DNA of 64,000 nucleotides from Balanoglossus misakiensis (Eukaryota > Animalia > Hemichordata). This document shows positions 49,601 to 63,859 of this stretch, in pieces. The first letter of the stretch is position 1, and every line of letters begins with the position of its first letter. A model generated the notes under the pieces. The model was not told the DNA's origin. It did not search any database and saw only the letters and a list, made by a program, of their open reading frames with translations. A program made the position numbers and the translations under genes. The stretch is taken from the NCBI GenBank assembly GCA_040954595.2, contig CM082587.2, positions 6,747,705 to 6,811,704 of the forward strand, read 5' to 3'.

Positions 49601-52600
49601 CATGCCGTGTCATGCCACCCAATGCCGTAAAGTGGTACAGGCCTACCTGACGTGTTGTTCGATAATACACTTTACACAGTAATAGTCTTGCCCTCATTTG
49701 TGCCATGTTTGCTCTGTTTATATAACAATAACATTGAAATTCACCGGTGATTAAATTTATTTTGCAATAAAATCAACTTGGGAGATAATATTTAGTTTAA
49801 ACATTCACACTATCATTAAAGTAATTTTCTTGCCACTTTATATCAATCAAGAGCAGTTATTTGACAATGAACCATTTAAAACCTGTTAGATTTATGCTAG
49901 TACAAACACCGTGTTTTGCAACTTACAATTATTACAAATTAGGTGTAAATGGTTTAGACAGTTTTTTCGGCTTGTTAATGTTTGCGGAAATTCACTGTTT
50001 TGACAGGAAATATCGTATTGCTTCATCGAAAGTTTAAGCCAAAATAACTTCTCTGAAAAGATTGATGGAAGTGTATATTTCCGTTTTACGAATCTACATG
50101 TTTGCCCGGAAAGGATTTTTGCATTCACAGTGGTCAACGACTACAACAAAGCAGACACAATAGCCCCAAACATTTGCCCCAAGGACACGGCAGCGCCCCA
50201 AATATCTCACAAGGTCGTTACTATTCACCGAAGTCAGACTTCTTTCTTCTGACTGTTCGGGCATTGGGATATACACTACGAGTCTCTGTCCTCTTTGGGA
50301 CATCCGGCTGAGGTCAGTGACGGTGACATGTCTTGTCCTGTCTCTCTGTCTGTCCGCACTCGATTCGAATTCTTTGGTTACATTTCCGCTATCTGCAGCA
50401 CGAGACAAAAGTCGCGAAAGTTAGCTGCACAGCCATTTACAGCATTTGAGATAACAGTTCCGCACTGGGATATAGAAGGTGTTCTGGAGAAAACGCGAAA
50501 ACAAATCGCCGATCGACGTCCATATTGAAATTTCGTCATGTCAACCGCCCCCCTCCCCCCGATTTCGGGTAGGGGTGCTCCGCCTCTCTCACGTCTACTG
50601 AACCGGTGATTGCCAAAATTTCAATGCTCTAGCGCTAATGTTAGTTGGCGTAGTTCTGCTTTCGCAATCGTTCAGAAAAGTTATAACCTACTATACTCGA
50701 AATTAAAAGCGTCCGTCTGTTTAATTTGCACCAAACTTCATGTCATGTTGTGGCGACCGTAATAATTACCACGCTAAGTACCAGCAACAATACTAGTATA
50801 TACCAGGCTAGCATATATGTGGAACAAAAACAATGCAGATCCGCACAAATTGGTGTCAGAATGTACATATTAGTTTTGAAATGAAAACTTTTCCTGATTA
50901 AGCGGCGATAGGTGAAGTTACTTCAGTGCCATTTTGTATATGACTATAGGATTCAGTCTCCAGTGTTCAAGAATCTTCTTTGCTGACATTCTGGGTTCAT
51001 GAAGGATATAATTTTATCCGGGCGCATATTGAAAACACAACGTGCGCGTGTATGATATCCAAGCAATCTGTATCAAAGAATATAGATACATCACAAGAGT
51101 TGTAAGGTGCTTTTTGTCTTTTTAGGGATGGAGGGGGGGGGGGGTCAGTTGTGCCGCGAAAGAACTATACACCCGATACAACATCATACCGGGTGAGATG
51201 GACGGTCCCCTCTAGAAGTTTGTGTCCCACTTAAAGGGACAGTTACTGGGTTATGACCTGTTTATTCCATTGTAAGTCGCACCGTACCAGTCAAAGCTTG
51301 AATCACTGTACTATAATAATGAGCCGGACCTCTTTGTTTTTGCAGTACATGTACATGTATTCCGGAAATCGTGACCGCATACACTGCTATTCGTGATGAG
51401 AAACGTTTATAGTGGGTTTTCATTCGTATTCATTTTATGGCCTGGCGTCAGATCGTAAATAGTGCGACACCCCTTTAAAACTATCAGGTGGTTGCGGAAG
51501 GCACTGCAAAGATATTGTCACCTTTCATCATTGTCCAGTGTCCCCGAGCCTTGCCGGTTTAATCAGACGCACCCGCGGGTAAATAGCTCCGGACGTGAAC
51601 CGTTGCTTACAAGATTTCTCCCTCTAAACGAGAGAAAAAAACAAAGCAACAACCCGCCGCCTTGTATTAAAGATGTCAAACGCGTGTTGATTCATTCGCA
51701 ATGACAGGCCATAATTAGCACGGTCGCAATGCTCATCCCCGGAACGCGTCGCCACTTGCTCCAACACAGACCAGTTTTACGCTACAAAGGGTCTGCTGAT
51801 GAAAATACGCTCATTAAAAAGGATTAATGAATAGATGATATTTTGTTCAGCAAAATTGGTTGAGCTGCGATAATTTGAAATGACTTCAGACACAAAAGAC
51901 CCTCTGAAAACAAGACGCGCAGAATCTAATTATGGGTATTAAATGGAAATAATACAAAAATTAAATTATAATCGCGAGGAAAACACAGACTTCTTTACAT
52001 TTTCACACTTCTGAGCGGCCACCACAGATAAAGCCCGTGTAAATTACTTCAACGTGTCCGAAGATCACTTGAACCACTAACCGTATACTGGAACACATGT
52101 GCAAAATGAATTGAAAAAAATTATAAAAATAAAAAAACGTCCAAATTCACAACTTGCGGGACTTGTTCTAGTCTTTTTTTTGTTTGAAAAATCTGTCCAA
52201 TTCAGAACCCATTCTCTTACGCTGTAATGACGTCAGAGGTGACAAAACTTGGACGGATATTGTTTGGATGCTGAGAAACCCTTGGGTGGGCCTGGCTTGC
52301 ATACTAATGAAGTTAGCTTATTCATGGAAAGTTTCTAATCATGGTTGTCTATGGCACGGTTACTAGAAGAAGTAACCGTGTCTATGGCGAGCACTTCTTC
52401 TTTGCGGACGACATCACAATGACTTCATCATAGTGTTGCCATACACACTCAGTAGTTGTGTGCAAAACTCGTTGATATTTGCCCCTCAGACACCCATTTG
52501 ATCGGTGTAAAAGGTGTATCGTGCCCGAGGTCACAAGCTTCTGTGTCGGCCATCGGATCGAATTTCGTGAGGCGGACGCTGTGTGGCCCACGTGCAACAG

Positions 52601-53325
52601 TCGTCGTGCAGCGCGCGATACGTTTGTTGTGGGGCCGATCAAAGAAACGCGCATAAAAAGAATTTCTCATCAAGACTGTCTTTTCATATTTATATTGATT
52701 AGCTCAGTGGCAATTAATTTTGTAAGGATATTAAGTAGACTGCAAATAATCGCGGGAGAAAACCAGTGGGCTTGTAAATGGCCAAAGGATGGAACCATTC
52801 ACGAGATTAGAATTCCAATCACCATAACTGTGAAAGATGACTGCGAGCTGACGTCTCAAATTACAAGTAATAACTTTAGAAAGCGTTCGAATTTCCCCAG
52901 CAAGTGTGAAATGTAACATCTCGGATCAGATAAGAGATGTTGAGATTACACGGCAGTCACTGTAGTGCGTAGGAAATCTAAATTTTTGGAGATTGAAGGG
53001 TACAGAAATGATTTTTCTGGTGACTTTTGTTGCTGTTAAAGAACGCAAACCGGTTCTTCCACGTCACTTCATTGTCCTCGTCCTAAGAGAATTGCATCTG
53101 TGTATTACAAACAGCCATCGGTGAACTGGAATGCTTGCCTGGAACGAGGATGTACACTTTTCATTGCAATTTTCAAGCCTTATTAATATTATGATTTAAT
53201 TTCTCATATTTCCACGTTGGTCTAAAGGTAAACCATTCATTGTGTTTGTTTCCCCCGACTCGCCGGATGCTACTAGAATATTCGTATGAGGTTACTGAAA
53301 TAACTGTAAGATGTGAGATGCCGAC

Positions 53326-53374
53326 CAGGTCATGTGACCATCTGAGGCTTCAGGTCATGTGACCATCTGAGGCT
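53326..53374. repeat. 25-bp tandem duplication CAGGTCATGTGACCATCTGAGGCT x2
   Basis: Exact copies at 53326 and 53351. Confidence 0.9.
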
Positions 53375-53683
53375 CGTTTTCTCGAAGAAGCCGAGAGGAA
53401 CGTCTGGGGTCCGAGATGTTGTTTCCTTCTCGGATTTCCAATCCAATCGTGTTAATGAATCCCCGTTTGCTCCATGTTGATACAATTTCTCTGAAGAGAG
53501 GTCATACATTGGACTAAAATTACTGAATTACTAATTTTTACAAGTATTGGACGTTCTGCGGGGAACTTGCGTTTCTGTCAAGCTTAATATGGATTGAGTA
53601 ATTGAAACTGTTTAATTGGAGAACACGGTCAACGTACTGTATCGTTGTAATTCGTGGACATCCGTCATCGTGGAGGGGGTGAC

Positions 53684-53733
53684 GGTGGTGATGATGATGT
53701 TGTTGTTGTTGATGATGTTGTTGTTGTTGTTGT

Positions 53734-53807
<74 letters not shown>
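53684..53807. repeat. Trinucleotide microsatellite (GAT)n with (GTT)n interruptions
   Basis: Directly visible. Confidence 0.97.
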
Positions 53808-54504
53808 GCTGAATCGCAATATATGTGTTAATAACCACAAACCAACGTATGACTTCTGAAGTGTATCTCCGAGTACTGAAATGTTTTTGTTTATATAATG
53901 TGCGTATCCAGACATTGCTGCATCTGCCGCTTTCTAAGATTACTTTTTTATTCGGAGTGTAAATGTAACCATCACAGTTTTCAATACAGGTCGATCGACG
54001 CTGGGTGTCACCACTGTGAATATCATCTTTCGCATTTCCAGTGGCGGCGAAAGATGTAAAATTTACAATAATAGAAAGCACGCTTACTTTTTCATTGCTG
54101 AATTCTAAAGCAAAAGAGAATAATTTAAAAGTTCTTCCAGTGTGCCGAGTGGACGTATCAATAATTCAAAGCCACCTGAAAATGTTAGCCTTTAAATTAA
54201 CCCGAACGCTGGGCCCTCCCCGAACATGAATAAAGAATGATCCCTTGGGTACATAAGAAAAGGGTTTGGTTCTTCACTTTGGTCTAATTAATGGTACTAA
54301 TAAAGCCAATGTGCTTAGGGCTTGACAAGAGAAGAGTCGCTTTCTTTAATATTTTTAACACTCGGCGTTTTATTTTGACGCATTGTGAAATCAAATCCTC
54401 TGGGAGCAGTCGACCATGACAACTATTGCTTTCAAAAATGAAATAATGTTTTATAAATTCACAATATCTAAAAATAGATATTTCGTGTAAATGAAATGAG
54501 AGCG

Positions 54505-54579
54505 AGGGAATCTGTCTTCTCGGATTAAAAAGTTGTCGGCTAGGGAATCTGTTATTCTTGGATTAAAAAGTTGTCGGCT
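54505..54579. repeat. 37-38 bp tandem duplication (AGGGAATCTGT..GGATTAAAAAGTTGTCGGCT)
   Basis: Two adjacent near-identical copies starting at 54505 and 54542. Confidence 0.85.
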
Positions 54580-55149
54580 ATTGTCGGTCTGTCTGTGTGT
54601 ACTTGTCTGTACTTTCTTTTTCGAGCTTCCTATATACATTGTTACCACTGTTTGGAAAACCCTGCCAACATGTGAATATCAAAGTACATGTATATTGGAA
54701 ATGTGATAAAAAAAAGTAACCACGCATTGTTTGCCGCGATGTACTGTGTTATAAGTAACGGCCACAATATTGGCGATGTTGTAAATTGCAGCAGTTGCAC
54801 TTTGTTACTGTTACACTTTGCCCCTGCCTTGACTTGTTGGTATACTGTCTCGTACTGGATCCATACGCGCGCAGCCGCAGACGCGGCGACCTGAACAACC
54901 GCAACCGGCCCACTTGTAATGACATCGGTCAGATATACGTGTCTGCTAATGACGCATAAGTGCGATTTCCGTTGCTAATTATTGCAATCGTGATTGGATT
55001 GTTTAATTACAAATGTTTTGTTTCATTTCCGGCAGGAAATGTGTCAACTGATCTTATGGTTATTAATTATTCGCGATGATTTGTTGACCAACGTGATTGA
55101 TACGGCATTGATTAGGAGTTCCATTCAAGTCCTATAGTATAGGCAAAAC

Positions 55150-55151
55150 AT

Positions 55152-55206
<55 letters not shown>

Positions 55207-55209
55207 TTT
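55150..55209. repeat. (ATTT)n microsatellite
   Basis: Directly visible. Confidence 0.95.
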
Positions 55210-55486
55210 TCCATGAGTATTTCCCCGCCTTCTGATTTTTTCGACGACAGTGCTAACACACTAAATTTGATTATGTTTACTAAAAGACTGAAATTGATTT
55301 TAATTGTGCGAATTTACCCAGCGATTTACGGTAATGTAGATTGTTTAACCAAAAATAACCACAATGCCCGGTCGATAACCTTGGACAATGTGCAGGTCCC
55401 CACCATGCGAAATCACGACCTTCAACGAAATATATATAAATAGCCAACAGCTAGACCACTTCGTGGATAGGTTACCTGTAACACAC

Positions 55487-55770
55487 ATAAAAAAATATGT
55501 GCTGTTACAATAACATGCATGGTTTTCAAAAATAGGGTAGGTAGGGAAATGTTTTTATTTTGCAATTTTTTTTTATATATCTTTGGCCGTCGTAGTGTAG
55601 AAGAATGACGTCATAGTTCTTACGTGATTCTCGCAATTTTCATAAATTTTGTATATTTGACATCGTTATTTTTACTTCCGGTTCACGAAGCTCTTAAAAG
55701 TTTAGGGTCGGCGGGCTAAAATTAGTGTAGGTCTGATAACCGGAACAGCACGTATTTTCTTATTTGGCCT
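55487..55770. mobile_element. Degenerate MITE with imperfect TIRs and AGGGTAGG/AGGGTCGG sub-terminal motifs
   Basis: 55487-55508 ATAAAAAAATATGTGCTGTTAC matches the reverse complement of 55742-55763 at 19/22; the right end continues TTGGCCT. Confidence 0.6.
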
Positions 55771-58700
55771 AAATGCATGATGGTATAATTTGCGTTCAAC
55801 GTCTAGTACATGGCTCACGCACGCGATCAGAACGCAAAGTGTCCCACAACCCCCTGCGTTATTCTATCCGCGAAGTGGACGGTCCGCGGCCGTTTGTCCT
55901 TCAAGGTTACAGGATAAATCAGTCTAGCCCTTGACTTTTTGACAAGATTATTAAAAACTGGAAGTTGTTTGAATACATTTATCAATTTCACAACGCGCAA
56001 GCTCTTTATCCTGGAAAAATGCACACCAGCAGTTTTGTTTTCCCCCGTATTTAAAATGGATATTAACGCCTAATTATACGGGGGGTTGGCTCGCATTTGC
56101 AGATTTGCACTTTCGTGGAAGTATAGGCCTACTTCCAGGAAATCGTTTGGCCCGCACATTTCTAGCTTATACATTCACGGCGTTTGTTTTTCAAGGCCGG
56201 TGCATGTATCAGCATTGTCCCATGCCACGAAAATAGCTACTAGACTATACAGATATTGCTTTATTTACGTGGTATTGTGTTGCATACGGGGCAAATTTAC
56301 GAACGGGCATACGGCTAATAAGCTTATATACCACATGTACCATTGGTGTGAAGTTTATTTTTTAACTAATTAAAGCTTTAACAGCGGGTGCAGGCGTGAT
56401 ATGATAGTCGTAGTGTGTACACATCTGAAATTATTAAGAGTTCAGAGTCATCAAGACCTTAAATCACATGACGCAATATATTTGCAGACTCGTAGATAAT
56501 TACACGATTTAACCGCTTCCCAGTCATCTACCTGTCTGTCTGTCTTTCTGTCACCAGAATACCGCAGCGTGCAGACGAGCTAATTGCAAAAAGAATTGTC
56601 ATTACGCATTAGACTACCATGGGAAACAAATCACATGTCACGGGTTGGGCTGCCTGATGATTTTATTGAAAGGCCTGCAAAGTGCATTTTAATCTGCATT
56701 GCACACTTAAAAACCAACAAAGCTATGTTTAAAAATTCATTACATGGCAAATCAATGCCGAGCGGGGACTGATTTCTTCTACGTGTGTCCGTTCTCATCA
56801 CCGGCGCGCTCGATCATAACTGACGCGAGCACCGTGCTTGGAGAGGCCGGTAATTAGCCCCACTCTTCTGGTGTGACTGAAGTTATGGCCACACTTTTCA
56901 GAGTAGTCAATATTAGTATTAATAAATTATGAGTATTTTCGCTGGTCATTGAATAGTCGTTTCAGTACGGTGTAATGGCTGAAAATGAGAGAGACGAGGG
57001 CCCTTTACACTCAGCGCGTGATGAAATATACATTTCGCGCGTCTGACGCTCGGAATTTTGATTTCAATTAAAGCGGAGATTTCAGCCGTGTGCGCTGCTG
57101 TGTTTGTGTTCGAGAACTCAATAGGAATGTCAAATCTTAAACATGTTATTTTTGAATTTGATTTACTATGTCTGTGGAATAGTGATGACTCCTAGATGTC
57201 ATTGTGGTGATGTTGAATTGACATATCGGTAAACTACTTACAGCAGGTCGCGATCTTAAGCTCGTCAATTGCATTTACTTCCCGGTGAAGGGATTCAGTA
57301 AATTTCAGATTTTTTCCCCACCACCGGATAAAACACACACGTTTCCGGCCATTTATCCGTGTTTTCCCCTATTGCTTTTAATCGGCGGTGTCTGCTGGCC
57401 TCTGCTGTTGTAATGGAACAGATAAGAACCCGTATAATCGAATGAGCATTTCGATAATGCGATTTGTTCGGAGGTTTTCAACCCTGATTGAAGGACGAAA
57501 ACAACCCCTTGATTGAACGCCGCGCCGCTGACGAGTCTCGCCGTGACGTTCGTCGAGAGCGGGCCGTCAGAATGTCATTATTCGCAGCGTAGCATCTCAT
57601 TGTATTGGGCAATTTACACCTTAATACGAGATGAGCTATGACTTGCCGATAATAAAGTCATACTTTCGCTGATTGCTCATTTATTTACAGTCGTCTGCCG
57701 GAAAATGAAAGGTCGTCGGCTGGTTAGTCAAAGATATGCCACTTTCCGACCTGTAATTCTGATTGCGTTGACTATAATCAATCGCAGGGCATGTCAATAT
57801 CCCAATATCAAGCCACAATTCACCTCCTTTTAACGTCTACTAAGATAAATCATATCTACCAAGTTTTGTTCACGTACACATTATGAGACAGGGGCAATGG
57901 AATGTGAGCTGAATTAAATCTGTAGCGGTTTTAATTCGTGTATTTATTTTTATTGTATATGTAAAATGATTATTAACCAATCCAGGGGGTACAACGCAAG
58001 GAAACCGGTAGACCTGACTTTGTTTTACTGGGTCATAGCTTTCCTTGGAGATTTCCTATCAGCCTTCCATTTGCCAAGGATTCCGGATACCCCTTGTGGT
58101 AATACATTTTGTTAATTTTATTATGCAGTTCGCTTCTAATTAGAATTCTTATCAATCCGTTCAGCCTACACCAGCTGAGTTTTCCCGCAAATATCAGATT
58201 AATTATTAAATATTAATGAAGAGGAGTTTTTTTCAAAGACGACCACGCGGGAACTCTGGCTTCGGTTTCGGGCAGCTGTTGCGCACATTTGCTGAGCATC
58301 GTTGTTTTCCCCCCGTTTGGCGTTTGTTTTGTCATCGTTGTTGCCGTTGTTTTGTCATCCTTCATTCGTCATTTTGTTATTTTACCTGTCCGCTGCTACT
58401 GTCGATAGAAGCCGCATGTCCTTCGAGGTACTTCAAATGTCCCATATATCTTCATTTTATCATGACTGACCTTCGTGTATTTTCGTCGCACGAAAATATC
58501 AATCACGTCTGTCCGTCGTTGTAGCCAAGAGACAATTCACGTATACGCAATCCGCAAGTCGCTGTCTTTATATTTCTTCGCAAACGATGACGTGTCTATA
58601 CTCTTCCCGCCATAATAGTTCATCTTTTAGTGGCCATTAGACTCACCAATGCCAATATTTGGCCGGTTGTTCAAAGGGTGTCAGCTTTAATCGTCGATGT

Positions 58701-60489
58701 CGATCGCATATTTCATAATTCTAAGCACCGGTGTGATTACTGTATCGTCGTCACAACACAGGAAAAGCTGACGAAGGAATTCGATTTTTGAATGACGTAA
58801 AGTTAGTGTCAGATCGTGTCAAAAAACAACAAAAATGATCAGGCCAGAAACCTGTACTACCAACAACGTAACATCATAACACTTTCACAAGTCCGGTTCA
58901 ATATTTGACTAAATCATTATATGTCGGCCGTGACAGGAGGACCGAGGACTGTTAATAGGGTCAGATAACGGGGCGAGCGAAGGACCTCGTGAAATGATTA
59001 CCGTTATGATTGGGCTCGCCCGAGGCGAACCAATATCATTTTATGGAGAGACGACAAGACAGTTGACTATCGCATTAACAGTAAATCGTCCACTGTGTCA
59101 GTTGCACCGTCCAGTGGCATCCATCAAGGTACACAGGAACGCCTCCCAGAATTCAAAGTGCCGACCCTAGAGCACCGCTCAACTTGTGCAAATCGCGAAG
59201 GAGTGTTTTGCTCACCGTGTTTCTGCCACTTCGTATGGTCCTGCAGGCGGAGGGAGGGGAAGGGAGGGGAATACTTTCTATGTTTGCCCACATTTTCTAT
59301 GTCACCCACGTTGCCTATAACCCCCTCCCAACATGTACACACAAATCTGTTATGGATATGACCCGTCGAGAAAGAGAAATCAGTCTTGTTCTGTTCTTGA
59401 GCATGCGCAATCTTAATTTTTATTTATTGCAAGAGATCCTCGCGCGTGTCAGAGATCGCTTGATGAATTAATAACCAGATTGTTGGCGATGAACAATTTT
59501 GCTTGTACAGCAGTAAAAGAGTTATGTCTATCTCTCTGTCTCCCGGTCTGTCTGACCCTGGTCTGCCTCTCCCCCATTGGCTGTCTCTCTTGTGACGTAG
59601 TTGTCCCTCTCTGTGCCTGTCTGTCTGTCTCTCTCGTGTGAGGCTAAGCAGTATCGACGACGCAGCGGATATGCAAATATAAAATCACAATGGCGATCAT
59701 GATTAACAGTCGAACAGGTGGTAGCACACAGACCGATAACCGCATATACCATTTAAAATAAGTTGTCTCCGAGTTCAAGCAATTGTGCTGGGTGTTTTCA
59801 AAACACGCAATTGGACGAGGACAGACCCACAAAGCAACATAGAGACCGCCATCTTCAACAGCGTGTATTTTCGTCGTGAAGTTGCATGCCGTGACGAATA
59901 TCCATACGGTCAAACAAACCCACGGCTTGTCAAGTAAAGGATTTACACGCATACTATAGTATGATCGGTATTAACTGCGATTTCATAAAAAAACAAGATC
60001 TTCATTGGAATTGAAAGAGTAAATGTTTAATGTTGGCATTGAAACCATAAGATTTTTTTCGAGTGATGGTGTACATGTTGTCCTGTCGGGGAAATGCCAT
60101 TGGGTTTAATTTTTGGAAGAAAACAAACAATCCACCGAGATTGCACGCATTGTCTGTTGTGAACATTGAATTTGAATCAATGGTTGAAAATTGTCTTGTA
60201 AGCAACTATACAGAAGTATTTCATTATTACATTCCATGAGTGGAAAATAACGATACGGTCAAATTGCATAATGGAAGTGTCATAAAGTCACTGTGAGTGT
60301 GATCATAAACCGTGCTGCTTGAAAGTATTTCGATCGCGTTTTAAACGGATCACGATGACTGAGACCAGATTTTTAAAATGAACGTGAATATGTTGTGCCA
60401 TTAAAGGGGGTCGTTGTGATCTCCGAAGCAAGGTGGATTACAAAATAGTTTGCTTGGCTCACATTTAATTTTCCGGGGGATATCGAATT

Positions 60490-60688
60490 GTTTCAAATTC
60501 CAAATCCAAAATGGCCGCCAATTTCTGTGTTAAGTTAATGGAGAAGATTTAAATTTGCGATTTTTTATGAAATCAAGACGGTGTTAACATCCAGGTTCCC
60601 CATCACTCGTTTGTATATATAGCAAATAATTGGAAAGTTTTAAGAATGATCTTTTTTTAAAAATCTGTCCCCGGAGGCGCGTACTACC
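60490..60688 (-). mobile_element. Interspersed DNA-transposon/MITE family fragment, same family as 6132
   Basis: Ends in AAATCTGTCCCCGGAGGCGCGTACTACC, matching the reverse complement of the 6132 end; carries the AAAATGGCCGCC core. Confidence 0.6.
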
Positions 60689-63600
60689 CCACGAGGGTGG
60701 CCGTGCAGTGGTTGGAATTTCCGCCTCAGTCACGGTGCACGGCCGGTCGCTCTGTTCAGAACAGACCATTTCAACCACGGCGTTTAAGTGCATCTAGTGG
60801 ATGGAAAAGCTGAAAAATGCATATATTGTTATAATACCAATGACCACGGCAGACACAAACTCGTTTTTATTTTGTGTCCTTTATTTGTGTCGACTTTCTG
60901 GGTCCCAGCCTATAGACTTGCAATTTGGTGACTGTACAACCGACGGCTCCCCATCGCTTTCCCAGTCTAAATGTGATTGTTCCACCATACATATGACGGT
61001 ATTCATTTAAGCGGGAAATCGCATGATGTGCGGTTGCCGAAAATAATTTTCCCGGTTAACCGGGGCTAAAAGAGAAAGATAGCGCGAAAAACCAGATGGC
61101 CGAATGTTCCCCTTTAAAAAGAACCCGTCGCACGCCTTCTTCTCTGAGAAAGACGCCTTTTTACTGCTCTTGGTGATGTTTCGTTAAACTATTTATTCGC
61201 CGGAGTGTACTATAAAAATTGGTGCACTGTTTAAAAATACCGCGTTTACCCGCGTCCCTGCCCTTATATTTCTCTGCCCGAGATAGTACAAGCCCGACGG
61301 GGTTTACGCATTTGGGAGACGGCGCCGGATCGCTCTAAAGACCACCTTTGCCAACGACTTGTTAATTTGTGGTTTACCCGGCCGGACGAGCCGCGTGACT
61401 ATCACTGTCGTTCAAAGAACGCCGTGTAAAATTCGAAGGGCTTTCCAAAAACACCGTGACGTGCATCAGGACAAAATCGCCGTGTCAAATTCGGGGTGGT
61501 TTCCCGGCCAAAACATGGTTTTCAAGGAAAACATCGATTTATTCAATGCCACCATATACATGTACAATGCTAATTTTTAATCTCTAAATCATTGTGGCCT
61601 TACTTTCTGTGAATAGTCAATTGTTTTTTTAAATCCTGACGTTTCTTTATCAATAAATCAAATCAAATCAAATCAAATCGACGTCATAATCACAGTCTTA
61701 CTTTCTACACGGTAGAAACTACAGAAGTAGAACTGACTATTTGTCGGTGATAATACGGTCAGAGCGTGCAGTGAGCGTAAAAGTGGTGAAGCAGTATTAC
61801 CCTGACTGAGATAAGGCGCAAATGGGATGACGGATCTCATTATTTGAAATATGATAATATTTTAGGTGCGGTGATTACCCAAAAGAGTTGACTTCTGCCT
61901 GAATACATATGTCCTATGTAAATATGACGCCAGCTATTCTAAAATTCTGCTGCATAAGTTCTCGGTGTCACTCGGTGCGCATACAAACATCTGGGCCGCC
62001 GGTGCATGCGATCAACCGCTGTGTACTGTTTTGTCCGTCGTGCACCTCTCAACCGCATTTGATTGTGTGTCGTCCGGATTATTTGATCATAATTACAATT
62101 TAAATAGACTGCCTATTGACAAATGTTTTCTGAAATGTCTTATGTGTCCGCAGGAATTGTTTGAAGAGGAAATTCGATACAGCGACGCGAGTCGAGCCAA
62201 TTGAAAGCGGGAATCCCTTTTATACAAATGGAAGGTAATAGACATAACGCCGAGCCGTCATTTTCATAAATAATGGGGGGAGAGTATAATGGCGATCCTG
62301 GATAGATCGCGCCAAATCCGGAATTTGTCATAATAAAATGTGTTAATAATGGGTAAATTGTATGGTGGTTTCTTGAATGCGGTGTACAATGTAATAATTC
62401 AGCGCGGTCAATATGGTGTTTTTTTTCCAATGGATTATCGGTACGTTGGTTTAGACTATACATGTACCTCGAGTGTATTCGCTCGCTGGGAACACTGATT
62501 CTGGCCGTGACCCGACTTGGAGCTATCGCTGTGCTTTACCAGATGTGACAGAATTTTGCCGAAGTGTCCGAGCGCACAATTGTCGTCGGAAAGTCGAGCT
62601 GGCGCTCACCATCGGCGGCAGGGATTGCTTTTGAAGAGTAACAGTAAAACGACAAGTCAGGCGTGGATTCGGGCTCTTGCTTAGCGAACCCTCCAACGCA
62701 CGCACTGCATTATACGGTACACGCATCGACAAACGCACACGCACACACATGGACGCACGAAAAACTTACGAGAATAAATCAGTTGCAGTACAATATTTTT
62801 GTTTCAAATGAACTTTCAAGTTTATTAAGGATGACAAAACCACAAAAAATTCACATCAGTGAGATAAAACTGTTCTTCATAATTTAAAATAAAATAAAAA
62901 CATTTGTCAGTTTAATGATCCCTATTGATAAAAGCTTCACAAAGAATGTGCAATAGTGATACATAACACTACTGACTGAAAACCACATTGTACACAATAC
63001 GCATCGAATAATTGCGTCGCTGGAACGTCATAAAGGCAACGCGGTGACGACCGAGTCCGGTTGAACAAGCTGTTTGCAGCTTCCCGTCTGTTAACTCACT
63101 CTGTAATGAATCATATATTTTTTGTTCTAAATGTCATCTACACTGGCTAGCCTGTGACCTGTTATCACTGAACCACGCTGCTATGCGGAGCACGCACATG
63201 CAGGATATGATACGGTGCGGTGGGCGCCGGACACGACAAACGATCCACCACAATTGTGATTCGGTTGCCACAGCCGAAAAAAAGTTCAAACACAAAACCG
63301 ATAATCATGAAAACAGTTTTGCACGACTGTGATGTACACGATACGTTTGCGCGTTCGATAATTCCTTCACTGTAAAACTTTCCCAGCAAGCGAATCATCA
63401 AACATTCACGATAAAGCCATTCTCCATTTCTATAAGTAGAATACTTTACCCCGAAATAAACCTGCAGCAATAGTTTGAAACAAAGGATTTATATCAAATA
63501 AACATAGGCGGAGATAGACTGGGTGTAGCTACGACCATTTTCCTATTATAAAACAAATGTTATGAAAAGAAAATAGACCGCTAAAGTTCCGTTTAATTAT

Positions 63601-63859
63601 AATAACACATTTTCCCGCGATTAAATAAGTTATGTTGTAAAGGACAAAAACCAAACATTAGATTCGACGCATTCAGTGCGTAGTGTCTACGGTAATTTGC
63701 ATAATATGTTAAAAAATACATTTCAATGTATATTTCTCCAGCCCGTTTCAATGAGCAGCTTGGTTTTACTATCGAGTGATGTTTCACAGTATTGATCACG
63801 CGCACTGAATCCCTGGCTTTGATATGTTCAAGTTTAATTCGCGAACTTGTTCACGGGTT

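Noticed and set aside
53538-54081. Poly-His/poly-Met/poly-Ser ORFs
   Set aside because: Artefacts of the (GAT)n microsatellite.
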